Assembly: GCA_050015075.1 (NCBI GenBank)
Contig: JBEKCB010000022.1
Location: forward strand, 23,478 to 87,477
DNA from: Candidatus Brocadiia bacterium
GTDB taxonomy: Bacteria; Planctomycetota; Brocadiia; CAIUPP01
DNA: 64,000 nucleotides
Reading direction: 5' to 3'
Shown here: positions 10,419 to 18,958 of the stretch, one piece after another
Numbering within the stretch: position 1 is the first letter of the stretch
Layout: the number at the start of each line of letters is the position of its first letter
Translations under genes and position numbers: made by a program
The notes under the pieces: generated by a model
Database searches by the model: none
Told to the model about the DNA's origin: nothing
Seen by the model: the letters and a program-made list of their open reading frames with translations, nothing else

Positions 10419-11384
10419 CTACAGGCTGATCACTTTCCCCGTCTGCGCCGATTCGTTCGCCGCGACGGCGACCGCCAGGCTCTGCACCGCGTCCGCATAC
10501 GACGAGCGCGCGAGCTTCGGATCGCCCGATTTCACCGCCTCGACGAACGCCCGCTGGCATGCCGCCAGGCCCGGTTCGGCGTGCTGGACCACGGCGCGCG
10601 TGCCCGCCTGGATCGTTTCGAGCGCTTCCGCGGTCAGCCGAATCTCCAGGTCGCCGGCGATGACGGAAAGCAATGTCTCCTCGCGCGGCGCCACGTCCGC
10701 TGCCGTCACCTCGCCGACCGCGCCGCTGCGGAACCGGAGCGCGGCGACCGACACGTCCTCGATGTCGTAGTTCGGCACGCGCGCCGCGACCATGCCCTGG
10801 AACTGTATCCCGTACACCGAAGCGACGTCGCCGCCGAAGCAGCGCGCCAGGTCAATCAGGTGCGTCGCCTCGAGCAGCAACTGCCCGCCGCACGACTCCC
10901 GCTTCGTGCGCCAGCCCGGCGCCGGCGCCGGGACCAGCCGCCATCCGCGCACGAGCGCCACCCGCCGGTCCTTGAGCAACTCGCGCGCGACGTCGGTCCC
11001 CGAAAGATAGCGCCACGGGTGCGCGACCGACGCGACGACGCCGGACTTCTCGATGTCCTTCTGAATCTGCCGCGCCCTCTCGACACTGAGCGCCACCGGC
11101 GGCTCCAGCAGCAGGTGAATCCCCGCGCGCGCGGCCGCGCTCTCCGGCTCGCCCCGCGCGAAGGGCGGCAGGCAGACCGCCAGCGCGTCGAGCCGCTCCG
11201 ATTCGAGCAGCGTCCTGTAATGCAGGTGGACGCTCGCGCCGAACGGCTTCGCCGCCGCCTCCGCGCGCGCCCGGTCATTGTCGCAGACCGCCACGACCTG
11301 CACGTCCGCAGCGGAGGCCGAAAAATTCTGCAGGTACGCGCGGCCGACGCGCCCCGCCCCGATCAGGCCCATGCGAATCGGCAT
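10419..11384 (-). CDS. Gfo/Idh/MocA family oxidoreductase
   Basis: GLIGAGRVG Rossmann motif, LLEPPVA (EKP variant), GGQLLLEATHLIDL; GGAGG RBS before ATG 11384. Confidence 0.88.
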   Translation of the reverse strand: MPIRMGLIGAGRVGRAYLQNFSASAADVQVVAVCDNDRARAEAAAKPFGASVHLHYRTLLESERLDALAVCLPPFARGEPESAAARAGIHLLLEPPVALSVERARQIQKDIEKSGVVASVAHPWRYLSGTDVARELLKDRRVALVRGWRLVPAPAPGWRTKRESCGGQLLLEATHLIDLARCFGGDVASVYGIQFQGMVAARVPNYDIEDVSVAALRFRSGAVGEVTAADVAPREETLLSVIAGDLEIRLTAEALETIQAGTRAVVQHAEPGLAACQRAFVEAVKSGDPKLARSSYADAVQSLAVAVAANESAQTGKVISL

Positions 11385-11400
11385 CTGTAACCCTCCGTTT

Positions 11401-11494
11401 TTCGTCCTCGTCCTCGAACGCGCCCTCCTCGTCGTCATCGGCCTCGGCCAATCGAGACGTTCGTTCGAGGACGAGGACGACGACGAGGACGATT
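11401..11494. repeat. 6-nt-period palindromic element (GTCCTC)n...(GAGGAC)n
   Basis: tcgtcctcgtcctcgaacg ... cgttcgaggacgaggacgacgacgaggacga; second copy at 15671. Confidence 0.8.
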
Positions 11495-11502
11495 ATACTC
11501 GA

Positions 11503-12111
11503 TCACGCCCCTTCGCGGCGCGATCGTCGGATCTGCGAAACCGCGCCGACAACCCCCACGGTGTATTTTACCGCCGAGCCGACGCTGAAGAGCAGCACGG
11601 AGTAGAACGTCACCGTCGCCAGCACCAGCCAGAGAAAGTCTTCGCGCTCCGCGACCCACGGCACCAGCACCAGCATCATCAGCGTGAACTGCAGGCCGGT
11701 CTTGGCCTTCCCGACCCAGTTCGCCGCCACCACGACGCCGTACGTCCATGCCGCCGGACGCATGACGAACGTCACCAGCGCCTCCCGCGCGATCAGGATG
11801 CCCAGCCCCCAGAGCGGCATATGAAAGACGAATTGCCCGCCGCCCTGGCTCGTGTGCGGCCGCGCGAAAACGTAAAACACGATCATGCAGAACAGCGCGT
11901 CGGCGAACGGGTCGAGCAATTTCCCAGCCGTCGAAATCGCGTTCCACCGCCGCGCCGCCGCGCCGTCGAGCCAGTCCGTCGCCATCGCCGCCCACACGAG
12001 CAGCAGCAGCCACTCCGCGCCGTACTCCCTCCGGTCCACGATCAGGAATGCCGGCGCCATCAGGATCCGCAGTCCGGTCAGGAGCAGCGGCACCATGCGC
12101 AAGAATTTCAA
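11503..12111 (-). CDS. CDP-alcohol phosphatidyltransferase (PgsA-like)
   Basis: TDWLDGAAARR...GKLLDPFAD signature; multiple hydrophobic helices. Confidence 0.88.
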   Translation of the reverse strand: MKFLRMVPLLLTGLRILMAPAFLIVDRREYGAEWLLLLVWAAMATDWLDGAAARRWNAISTAGKLLDPFADALFCMIVFYVFARPHTSQGGGQFVFHMPLWGLGILIAREALVTFVMRPAAWTYGVVVAANWVGKAKTGLQFTLMMLVLVPWVAEREDFLWLVLATVTFYSVLLFSVGSAVKYTVGVVGAVSQIRRSRREGA

Positions 12112-12245
12112 TCCAGTCTCCTGTCCGCCGTTCGCGGTTCGGCGCGTTCCTCGTTCGCCCGCATTATACCGAACCGTTTGCGCCGAGAAAAATCGTCCTT
12201 CTCAAAACAGGACTTGAAAAGCGCCCCCGGCTATCGCAAACTATG

Positions 12246-12280
12246 CCTGCCGCCCATTCGACGCAGCTCAGGGCGGCAGG
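12246..12280. repeat. REP-like hairpin, related to the in-frame elements in the DUF2851 gene
   Basis: cctgccgccc-attcgacgcagctca-gggcggcagg (10-bp perfect stem); 24/27 identical to 13256-13282. Confidence 0.7.
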
Positions 12281-12310
12281 ACCGCTTCTCGAACCGGTGG
12301 AGAGCGCGAC

Positions 12311-13954
12311 ATGGCGAAAGCAGCGCAGCCGACGGAGGGACAGTTCTCGCGCCTCTACGCACAGATGACCGGCGGCGCCGGTTCGGTGGCTGAGCCGGCC
12401 CAGTCCGCGCAGGCCGAACCGGCGGAAGTCCGCGAGAAGATCGTCCGCTGCCTGTGGTTCGATCAATTCCTCGACAGCGCGAACCTCGCGACCGAGGACG
12501 GCCGCAGGATCGCGGTGTTTTCGCCCGGATACTGGAACGAAGGCGCGGGCCCGGATTTTCGCAACGCGGAGTTCGCCTTCGGCGACGAGCCCCGCGTGCG
12601 CGGCGACGTGGAGATTCACGTCGCCGCCTCCGACTGGGGCCGCCACGGACATGCCGACGACCCGATGTACGACCGGGTGCTGCTCCACGTCGTCCTGCAT
12701 AACGATCTCGGCGAGCCGACCGTGGCGCAGCGCGGCCGGCGGATTCCGCAGCTTGCGCTCGCCGGCCGGCTCAGTTCGGACCTCGGCGAGATCCTCGGAT
12801 CGCTCGACCCGGACGCCTATCCGCGCGTCGGCTGCGGACGCGAGGGCGCCTGCTGCCGCAGCGTGCGCGCTTGCGGACGCGACGCGCAATGGGTCGGCCG
12901 ATTTCTCGATATCGCCGGCGACGAGCGGATGCTCCGCAAGGCTGAGCGGTTCGCCGGCTTGATCGAGAAATCCACGCCCGATGACGCACTCTACGAGGCG
13001 CTCATGGAAGTCATGGGCTACAGCGCCAACCGCCGCGCGTTCAGGCTCCTCGCGCGCGCCGTGCCGCTCCGCACCCTGCGCAAGCTCATCCCGGCCGACG
13101 GCGATTTCCGCGACACGCTGCTCGCCGTGCAGGCCCTGCTGTTCGGCGCGGCCGGTTTCCTGGACGCCGCCGAGCCGACCGCCGATCCGGAATCCGCGCG
13201 CTACCTGAAGTCGCTCCGCGCCAAATGGGACGCCGCCCGGCCGGACATCGCCGGCCGCCCATTCGACGTCACTCAGGGCGGCCCTGAGCATGGTCGAAGG
13301 GGCCACATGCTTGACCGCACGGCCTGGAGCCTGCGCCGGACGCGCCCCGCGAACCACCCCATCCGCCGCATCGCCGGAATCGCCGCGTTCCTCGCGGGCA
13401 GTCTTCACACCGGGCTATGCCGCGCGATGCTCCGCGCCATCGAGGATATCCCGACCGGCGGCGGCGAGGCGCGGCGTTGCGCCGAGACGCTCCGCCGCTT
13501 CCGCGCCATGTTCGAAGAGCCGCAGCCGTTCGACTCCGCTCGCGGCCATGAGCCTGTCGAATGGCAGACATACTGGCTCCGCCGGACCGGCTTCCGGCCC
13601 GAGTCGCTCAGGCAGCCGACCGCCCTGATCGGCCCGACGCGGACGACCGAGCTGATCGTCAACGCGGTCGTCCCGCTCCTGCTCGCTCTGCAGCGCGATG
13701 GCGACCGCGCGCGCGTCGAGCAGCGCCTGCACAACGTGTATTGCTCGCTGCGCCCGCTCTCGGACAACTCGGTCACACGATACATGAAGAGCCGCATTTT
13801 CCAGGAAGGCCCGGCCGCCGGCGAGGTCGTCCGCTCGATGCGCCGCCAGCAGGGCCTGATGCAGATCTTCCACGATTACTGCGAGAGCGACAGCACCACC
13901 TGCGAGGCGTGCGGCTTCCTCGCGGCGGTCGAAGCGCGCGGAGAGCGGGCATGA
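12311..13954 (+). CDS. DUF2851 family protein
   Basis: PGYWNEGAGPDF, GDVEIH...DW..HGH..DP.Y..VLLHVV, RPANHP.RR, C-terminal QQGLMQI...C...C..C. Confidence 0.85.
   Translation: MAKAAQPTEGQFSRLYAQMTGGAGSVAEPAQSAQAEPAEVREKIVRCLWFDQFLDSANLATEDGRRIAVFSPGYWNEGAGPDFRNAEFAFGDEPRVRGDVEIHVAASDWGRHGHADDPMYDRVLLHVVLHNDLGEPTVAQRGRRIPQLALAGRLSSDLGEILGSLDPDAYPRVGCGREGACCRSVRACGRDAQWVGRFLDIAGDERMLRKAERFAGLIEKSTPDDALYEALMEVMGYSANRRAFRLLARAVPLRTLRKLIPADGDFRDTLLAVQALLFGAAGFLDAAEPTADPESARYLKSLRAKWDAARPDIAGRPFDVTQGGPEHGRRGHMLDRTAWSLRRTRPANHPIRRIAGIAAFLAGSLHTGLCRAMLRAIEDIPTGGGEARRCAETLRRFRAMFEEPQPFDSARGHEPVEWQTYWLRRTGFRPESLRQPTALIGPTRTTELIVNAVVPLLLALQRDGDRARVEQRLHNVYCSLRPLSDNSVTRYMKSRIFQEGPAAGEVVRSMRRQQGLMQIFHDYCESDSTTCEACGFLAAVEARGERA
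13257..13303. repeat. REP-like palindrome inside the DUF2851 CDS (encodes PFDVTQGGPEHGRRG)
   Basis: gcccattcgac...ctcagggc-g-gccctgag...gtcgaaggggc hairpin. Confidence 0.75.
13525..13565. repeat. Second REP-like palindrome inside the DUF2851 CDS (encodes PFDSARGHEPVEW)
   Basis: gccgttcgactccgctc...tgagcctgtcgaatggc, same TTCGAC..GCTC / GAGC..GTCGAA core. Confidence 0.7.
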
Positions 13955-14661
13955 CGGCGGACCGCGGCGCCAGTCCCAGGCCGGCCTACGCGACCCGCGC
14001 GACGGCGCTGCATTGGGCCGCCGGCGCGATCGCCAAGTGGGTGCTCTTTCCCTATTACCTGACCGTCCGCATCGTGGAAGGCGGCGAGCTCCGGACCAAA
14101 ATGCTGCGCCACCCTCGGCCGGCCGGCATCTATGCCTTCTGGCATTCGCACCAGCTCTCGGCGGTGTGGCATTTCCGCCGGGTCGCCGCCGGGATCCTGA
14201 TCAGCGCGTCGAAAGACGGAGAATACATCGCGCGCATCGCGCGGTCGGTCGGCTTCGTGCCGCTGCGCGGATCGTCCTCGCGGCTCGGCGCTCCGGGGCT
14301 CAAAGCGCTCATCGAGCTCGCGCGCAGCGGCCGGACGGTGGCGATCACGCCCGACGGCCCGCGCGGCCCGAGGTATTCCATCGGCCCGGGCGTCCTTGCC
14401 CTGGCGCAGAAGAGCGGCTATCCGATCGTCCCGTTCGCCATCGGCCTTTCGAGCTTCTGGGAATTGCCGAGCTGGGACCGGTTCCGAATCCCGAAACCGT
14501 TCTCCCGCGGCTATGCCTGCTGGGGCGAGCCGCTTTCGGTCCCGCCCGACGCGGATGACGCGGCGCTGGACCAGCTCGCCGCCGAACTTCGCCGCCGGAT
14601 GATTGACCTCGAGCAATTCGCGGACCGCATGGCCCGAACCCAGGGCTGGCGAAACGGCTGA
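13951..14661 (+). CDS. DUF374 / lysophospholipid acyltransferase family protein
   Basis: AFWH, ILISASKDGE, RGSSS, ITPDGPRGP, SWDRFRIPKPFS; ATGA overlap with the upstream gene. Confidence 0.88.
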   Translation: MTADRGASPRPAYATRATALHWAAGAIAKWVLFPYYLTVRIVEGGELRTKMLRHPRPAGIYAFWHSHQLSAVWHFRRVAAGILISASKDGEYIARIARSVGFVPLRGSSSRLGAPGLKALIELARSGRTVAITPDGPRGPRYSIGPGVLALAQKSGYPIVPFAIGLSSFWELPSWDRFRIPKPFSRGYACWGEPLSVPPDADDAALDQLAAELRRRMIDLEQFADRMARTQGWRNG

Positions 14662-14905
14662 ACGTTTTTGCCACGGATTGCACGGATTTGCACGGATTAC
14701 CGGCGACGAACTGAATACGACGAACGTTCTTGCCACGGATTTCACGGATTCACACGGATTACCGGCGACAAACTGAACCGCTGAAGAATAGTCTTCGCCT
14801 TTGCCTCCGGTAATCCGTGGCCATCCGTGAAATCCGTGGCAAAAATCCGTTTTGCCTTTTTGTCTTTAATCCGCGGTCATTCGTGCAATCCGCGGCAAGA
14901 ACGTT
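14661..14905. repeat. Nested palindromic element of CACGGAT-core 9/10-nt units (two direct left arms, two inverted right arms)
   Basis: ccacggattgcacggatttgcacggatt-like arms at about 14661-14715 and 14723-14777, versus aatccgtggccatccgtgaaatccgtgg and aatccgcggtcattcgtgcaatccgcgg. Confidence 0.85.
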
Positions 14906-14928
14906 AACTGGAAACCCGCGCGGCAAGC

Positions 14929-14937
14929 TGGTAAACT
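14929..14937 (+). promoter_or_regulatory. Extended -10 box, probably leaderless hisA
   Basis: TGG-TAAACT ending 7 nt before ATG 14945; no Shine-Dalgarno. Confidence 0.45.
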
Positions 14938-14944
14938 CCGCCGC

Positions 14945-15658
14945 ATGCTGATCATCCCCGCCATTGACCTGAAAGACGGCTGCGCCGTGCGCCTGGTGCG
15001 CGGCGAGGCGGCCCAGGCGACGGTCTTCTCCAACGATCCGGTCGAGGTCGCGCTCCGCTGGCGCAGCGAGGGCGCGGAGTACCTGCACGTCGTGGACCTC
15101 GACGGCGCGTTCGAGGGTGAGCCGGTCCAGTTCGGCATGGCTGTCCAGATCGCGCGCGAGAGCGGCCTGCCGGCCGAGGTCGGCGGCGGCATCCGCACGC
15201 GCGACACGGTGCTGCGCTACCTGAACGCGGGGCTGGACCGCGTGGTCATCGGCACGCGCGCGCTCGAGTCGCCCGAGTGGCTGGCGAAGCTGTGCGAGGA
15301 ATTCCCCGGCCGCATCGCCGCCGGAGTGGACGCGCGCGGCGGCCGCGTCGCCGTCCGCGGCTGGGTGGAGACCTCCGAACTCACCGCCCTCGAACTCGCC
15401 CGCCGGCTGAGCGGCATCCCGTTGCGCGCCGTGATCTTCACCGACATCTCGGCGGACGGAACGATGGCCGGCCCGGCCATCGAGAGCACCCGCGCCTTCG
15501 CCGAAATGATCCGGCTGCCGGTGATCGCCTCCGGCGGCGTCGGCAGCATCGAGCATTTGCGGCAGATCGCGCGCCTGCCGGTCGAGGCCGCCATCGTCGG
15601 CCGCGCGCTCTACACCGGCGCGGTGTCGCTGCCCGATGCCATCGCGGCCGCGCGCTGA
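14945..15658 (+). CDS. hisA: ProFAR isomerase
   Basis: IIPAIDLKDGCAVRLVRG, LHVVDLDGA, EVGGGIRT, TDISADGTMAG, IASGGV. Confidence 0.95.
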   Translation: MLIIPAIDLKDGCAVRLVRGEAAQATVFSNDPVEVALRWRSEGAEYLHVVDLDGAFEGEPVQFGMAVQIARESGLPAEVGGGIRTRDTVLRYLNAGLDRVVIGTRALESPEWLAKLCEEFPGRIAAGVDARGGRVAVRGWVETSELTALELARRLSGIPLRAVIFTDISADGTMAGPAIESTRAFAEMIRLPVIASGGVGSIEHLRQIARLPVEAAIVGRALYTGAVSLPDAIAAAR

Positions 15659-15670
15659 AGGAGTTTTGTG

Positions 15671-15758
15671 AATCGTCCTCGTCGTCGTCCTCGGCCTCGT
15701 CCTCGGTCGTTCAAAACGGCCGTTCGAGGCCGAGGACGACGACGAGGACGAGTACGAT
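15671..15758. repeat. 6-nt-period palindromic element (second copy)
   Basis: tcgtcctcgtcgtcgtcctcggcctcg ... cgaggccgaggacgacgacgaggacga. Confidence 0.8.
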
Positions 15759-15785
15759 GAAAGTTCAGCCCTCGGACCATAACGC

Positions 15786-17489
15786 ATGAACTCATCCCGC
15801 CTGATCGTCCTCACGCTCGCCCTCTGCATCCTGACGGGCATTTGGGGCTACTGCCACGAGTGCTCGCGCGAGCCGGACGACACCGGCGACGAAAGCGCGT
15901 ATCTTTCCGAATCCGCATGGATCGCCGAGCACGGCGGAATTTTCGGCTACCTCCGGCTCTGCGCTCAGGGACGCTATCAGCGGACGGGGACTTACCCGCT
16001 GCTGGCCGTCGCCGCTGCTCCGTTCGCGTCGCGCGACCTTGCCTTCATCCGCCCGGCCCGGCTGTTCAAGAGCGCCCTGACGGCGCTGGCGTTGATCGGC
16101 ATTTTCCTTGTCACCGGACGATTGACGTCCTGGGACCACGGCGCATGGCTGATCGCCATGATCGCGCTCTCGCGGAACTGGCTCGGGAAGGCCGGCGTCT
16201 TCACGATTGACCCGATCATCTACGCGCTCATTTTCCTGGCCTGGCTGCTGATCGCCGGCTTGTGGCGGCCGAAGGGCCGGTGGCTCTGGGCCGGCGCGGC
16301 GTTCGGGCTGGCCTGGATGGCCAAGGGAACCGCCCTGCTGCTCCTGGCGGGGCTGATCGGCGCGGTCGCGTGGCGGCTGGCATTCGGGCGCGACCGTCTT
16401 CGCCTGCTGACTTCGGCCCGCTTCTGGATGGCGGGCGTCCTGTTCGCGGCCGGCATGGCCGTCACCGCCGCCCCGCTGCTCATGCAGACCACGCTCGCCG
16501 CGCGCTCCGAAAGCGCCCTGACGCGCTACCTGCCGCCGGGGCTGTGGCTGGACAGTTGGAGCCAGCGGCTGGAGACCAATCCGGAGCGCGCCACGCAGGG
16601 GATGAGCGGCTATCTCCAGAGGCACGGCCTGGCGGGCGCGGCTGAGCGCCTGGTCCAGGGCATGGCCGACCAGGCGCCGCGGTTCGTCGGCGTCTTCGCG
16701 ATAGACAAGGAAGCGCCGAAGGCGCTCTGGGTGCTGACGCTGATCTGCTCGGCCGGCCTCTTCGCGCTGGCCGTCCGCGGGATGGTCCGCGAGCGCGACT
16801 CGTGGGCGCGGTCATACACGGTCCTGTTCGTCCTCGCGGGGTTCCTGCTTTACTCCTGGTTCTCCGCCATCACCTATGCCTCGCGCTTCGCCGCGACGTT
16901 CGGGCCGGTATTTGCATGGTACGCAGCGGCGGAGATTTCGCCGCTATTGCGCCGACTGGCCGAACGCCTTTGGGCGGCGCGGCCTGAATTGCGCGAGGCC
17001 GTCCCCAGGCGCGTCGTCGCGGGGATCATCGCCCTGCTGATTCTCTGCCTGGTCATCAGCAACGGGAAACGCCTGCCCGCCGATCCGCGCGAGCCGCTGC
17101 CGCTGAAGCCGGACTACGCGAAGCTCATGAACTGGTACGATCAAAACGTAGCGCGCACCGGCGCGGTCTGCGTCCACACGATGGACCTGGGCTGGCGATT
17201 CCGCTTCCTCTGGCTGCTGCCCCCGTCGCAAGCAATTGAAATGCCCATGGCACCGGACTTCGCCGCCTTCATGGCCTGGGCGGACAAAGCCGAAGCGGAA
17301 TATCTCCTGCTCGCGCGCCCCGCGCCCGAATACGCCGACTTCCTCAAGCCGCCCCTGGGCGACTTCATCTGCAACGACCCCGCCGCCGGCCTGATCCAGA
17401 GCGCCCCAATTCCCGGCTGGCGCCTCGTTCTCGAAGACCGCGATGGCGTCTGCGACTACCTCGTCTACCGCCGCCAGCGAACGCGTTGA
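15786..17489 (+). CDS. Polytopic membrane protein, GT-C fold glycosyltransferase-like (ArnT/PMT family)
   Basis: DESAYL acidic motif after the first helix, GLAWMAKG motif, many hydrophobic helices. Confidence 0.65.
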   Translation: MNSSRLIVLTLALCILTGIWGYCHECSREPDDTGDESAYLSESAWIAEHGGIFGYLRLCAQGRYQRTGTYPLLAVAAAPFASRDLAFIRPARLFKSALTALALIGIFLVTGRLTSWDHGAWLIAMIALSRNWLGKAGVFTIDPIIYALIFLAWLLIAGLWRPKGRWLWAGAAFGLAWMAKGTALLLLAGLIGAVAWRLAFGRDRLRLLTSARFWMAGVLFAAGMAVTAAPLLMQTTLAARSESALTRYLPPGLWLDSWSQRLETNPERATQGMSGYLQRHGLAGAAERLVQGMADQAPRFVGVFAIDKEAPKALWVLTLICSAGLFALAVRGMVRERDSWARSYTVLFVLAGFLLYSWFSAITYASRFAATFGPVFAWYAAAEISPLLRRLAERLWAARPELREAVPRRVVAGIIALLILCLVISNGKRLPADPREPLPLKPDYAKLMNWYDQNVARTGAVCVHTMDLGWRFRFLWLLPPSQAIEMPMAPDFAAFMAWADKAEAEYLLLARPAPEYADFLKPPLGDFICNDPAAGLIQSAPIPGWRLVLEDRDGVCDYLVYRRQRTR

Positions 17490-17511
17490 GAGAAGAACTC
17501 GATCCAGCGTC

Positions 17512-18945
17512 CTATTCGGTTTCCTTCAGCTTTTCCGCCGGCGCCGGAAGGCTCTTCGGCTCTCCCCTGTGGCTCCGGTGCTCGGTGTTGGAGCGCACTT
17601 TATTGGTGAAGATGAAATCGGGGCCGAACCATCCCTTCTCGTCTGCGATGGATGCTTCGCCGCCGTCGTCCTTCAGGTCATAGCCGACGCGCCAGAGTTT
17701 CCAGCCACGCGCCGTGCGGGCATAGCGCAGAGGCTTGCCGTCGAACGGATCGGAGGGAACTTCGGGCAGGATTCCTGGCACGAGTGCATCGAGGCGGTCA
17801 GGTGGCGTGCCATGCATCTTCTCATAGAGGGCGATGGCCGCGCGGATCTGAAGCACGCGCATTGTGAGGTCATACTGCGCCCAGTATCGCGGCAGCGATT
17901 CCAACCAAACCGGCGCCAGTTCTGCCTGTAGCGGATGCCTGTCCTTGACCTCCTTGACCGCGGCTTCGGCGGATCGAAGCAGTTCGGGGAGCGGCTTGGA
18001 GAACATCTTTAGCAGGAAGGCGTTATACGCGTCGTAGTCCTTTCCGAACTCATTGGCCGTTTCAGGACACATGGCCATTGTGATCTTGACATATTCCGCC
18101 TCTCGCTTCACCGTGGCCAGCCGCATCTTTGGCGTTGTTTCCATTTCGCGGCAGCGCGCGATGATGCGCTTCAACTCAGCCTCATCCAGCGAACTGTTCG
18201 CAACAAGGGAATCCAAGTCGCTTGCTCCGAGAGCCTGAACCGCAAGCGCTACAAGTTGCGCGATCAGCACGGAATCTTCCTGAAGCTTATTGCCCATTTG
18301 CAAGCATTCGACGTACCGCTCAGCGGCAACGTCGGGCCGGCCCTCCAGTTCGGCGGCGAATCCGGCATCGGACAGGAACCGCGCCAGGTTGCGGATGTCT
18401 GCCATACCTGGCAATGCGGGGTATGGAGAAGGGCATTCTACATTGCTGACCAGCCAAGGAAACTGGAGAGCGCGCTGGTTCAGCCCCTCCTTAAAGGTTG
18501 CAAGGACCGATGCGTTTTCCTTGATGTAACGCGTAAACCCGGCAGAGTCGCCTGCATAAGATTCTTCCACCGAAACTGATCCGGGCGGTTCAGGCGACAT
18601 CTTTTCGCAGCGCTCGGCCAAGTCCCTGGCGGCCTTGATAAAGTAACAGAAGGCGTTCTTCTCCGGCGGCACGTTCGGCCAGAGTGGGCCTAACGCCTTG
18701 ATTTCCTCTTTCGTCGGCATCCGCGCGATCCCAGTTATAAGATTGGGATAAAGCTTGAACAGGACGGAATAGTCGTCCACGTCTTTTTCGGGCGCAGGCG
18801 TTGAAGTGGCAGGCGACGGATTGTTGGGCGTCGCGGCTTCCGCCTTGGCGGTACTGATCTTTCCTTTCTCTGTAAGTGGCGAAGCGCAGGAGATGACGCC
18901 GGAGATCAGGAGTGCCAGCAGCATCGTCATTTTCCTGAACACCAT
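17512..18945 (-). CDS. Hypothetical lipoprotein with a GspG-like C-terminal motif
   Basis: Lipobox-like LLISGVIS-C; C-terminal LVPGILPEVPSDPFDGKPLRY...LWRVGYDLKDDGG. Confidence 0.65.
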   Translation of the reverse strand: MVFRKMTMLLALLISGVISCASPLTEKGKISTAKAEAATPNNPSPATSTPAPEKDVDDYSVLFKLYPNLITGIARMPTKEEIKALGPLWPNVPPEKNAFCYFIKAARDLAERCEKMSPEPPGSVSVEESYAGDSAGFTRYIKENASVLATFKEGLNQRALQFPWLVSNVECPSPYPALPGMADIRNLARFLSDAGFAAELEGRPDVAAERYVECLQMGNKLQEDSVLIAQLVALAVQALGASDLDSLVANSSLDEAELKRIIARCREMETTPKMRLATVKREAEYVKITMAMCPETANEFGKDYDAYNAFLLKMFSKPLPELLRSAEAAVKEVKDRHPLQAELAPVWLESLPRYWAQYDLTMRVLQIRAAIALYEKMHGTPPDRLDALVPGILPEVPSDPFDGKPLRYARTARGWKLWRVGYDLKDDGGEASIADEKGWFGPDFIFTNKVRSNTEHRSHRGEPKSLPAPAEKLKETE

Positions 18946-18958
18946 TTCCCGTCTCCTA

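Noticed and set aside
11278-12393. ORF containing an acidic FEDEDDDEDD tract
   Set aside because: The tract is a translation of the 6-nt palindromic repeat, and the ORF is antisense to the PgsA-like gene.
14661-14905. CRISPR array
   Set aside because: The repeats are short tandem units in inverted arrangement, with no unique regular spacers and no cas genes.
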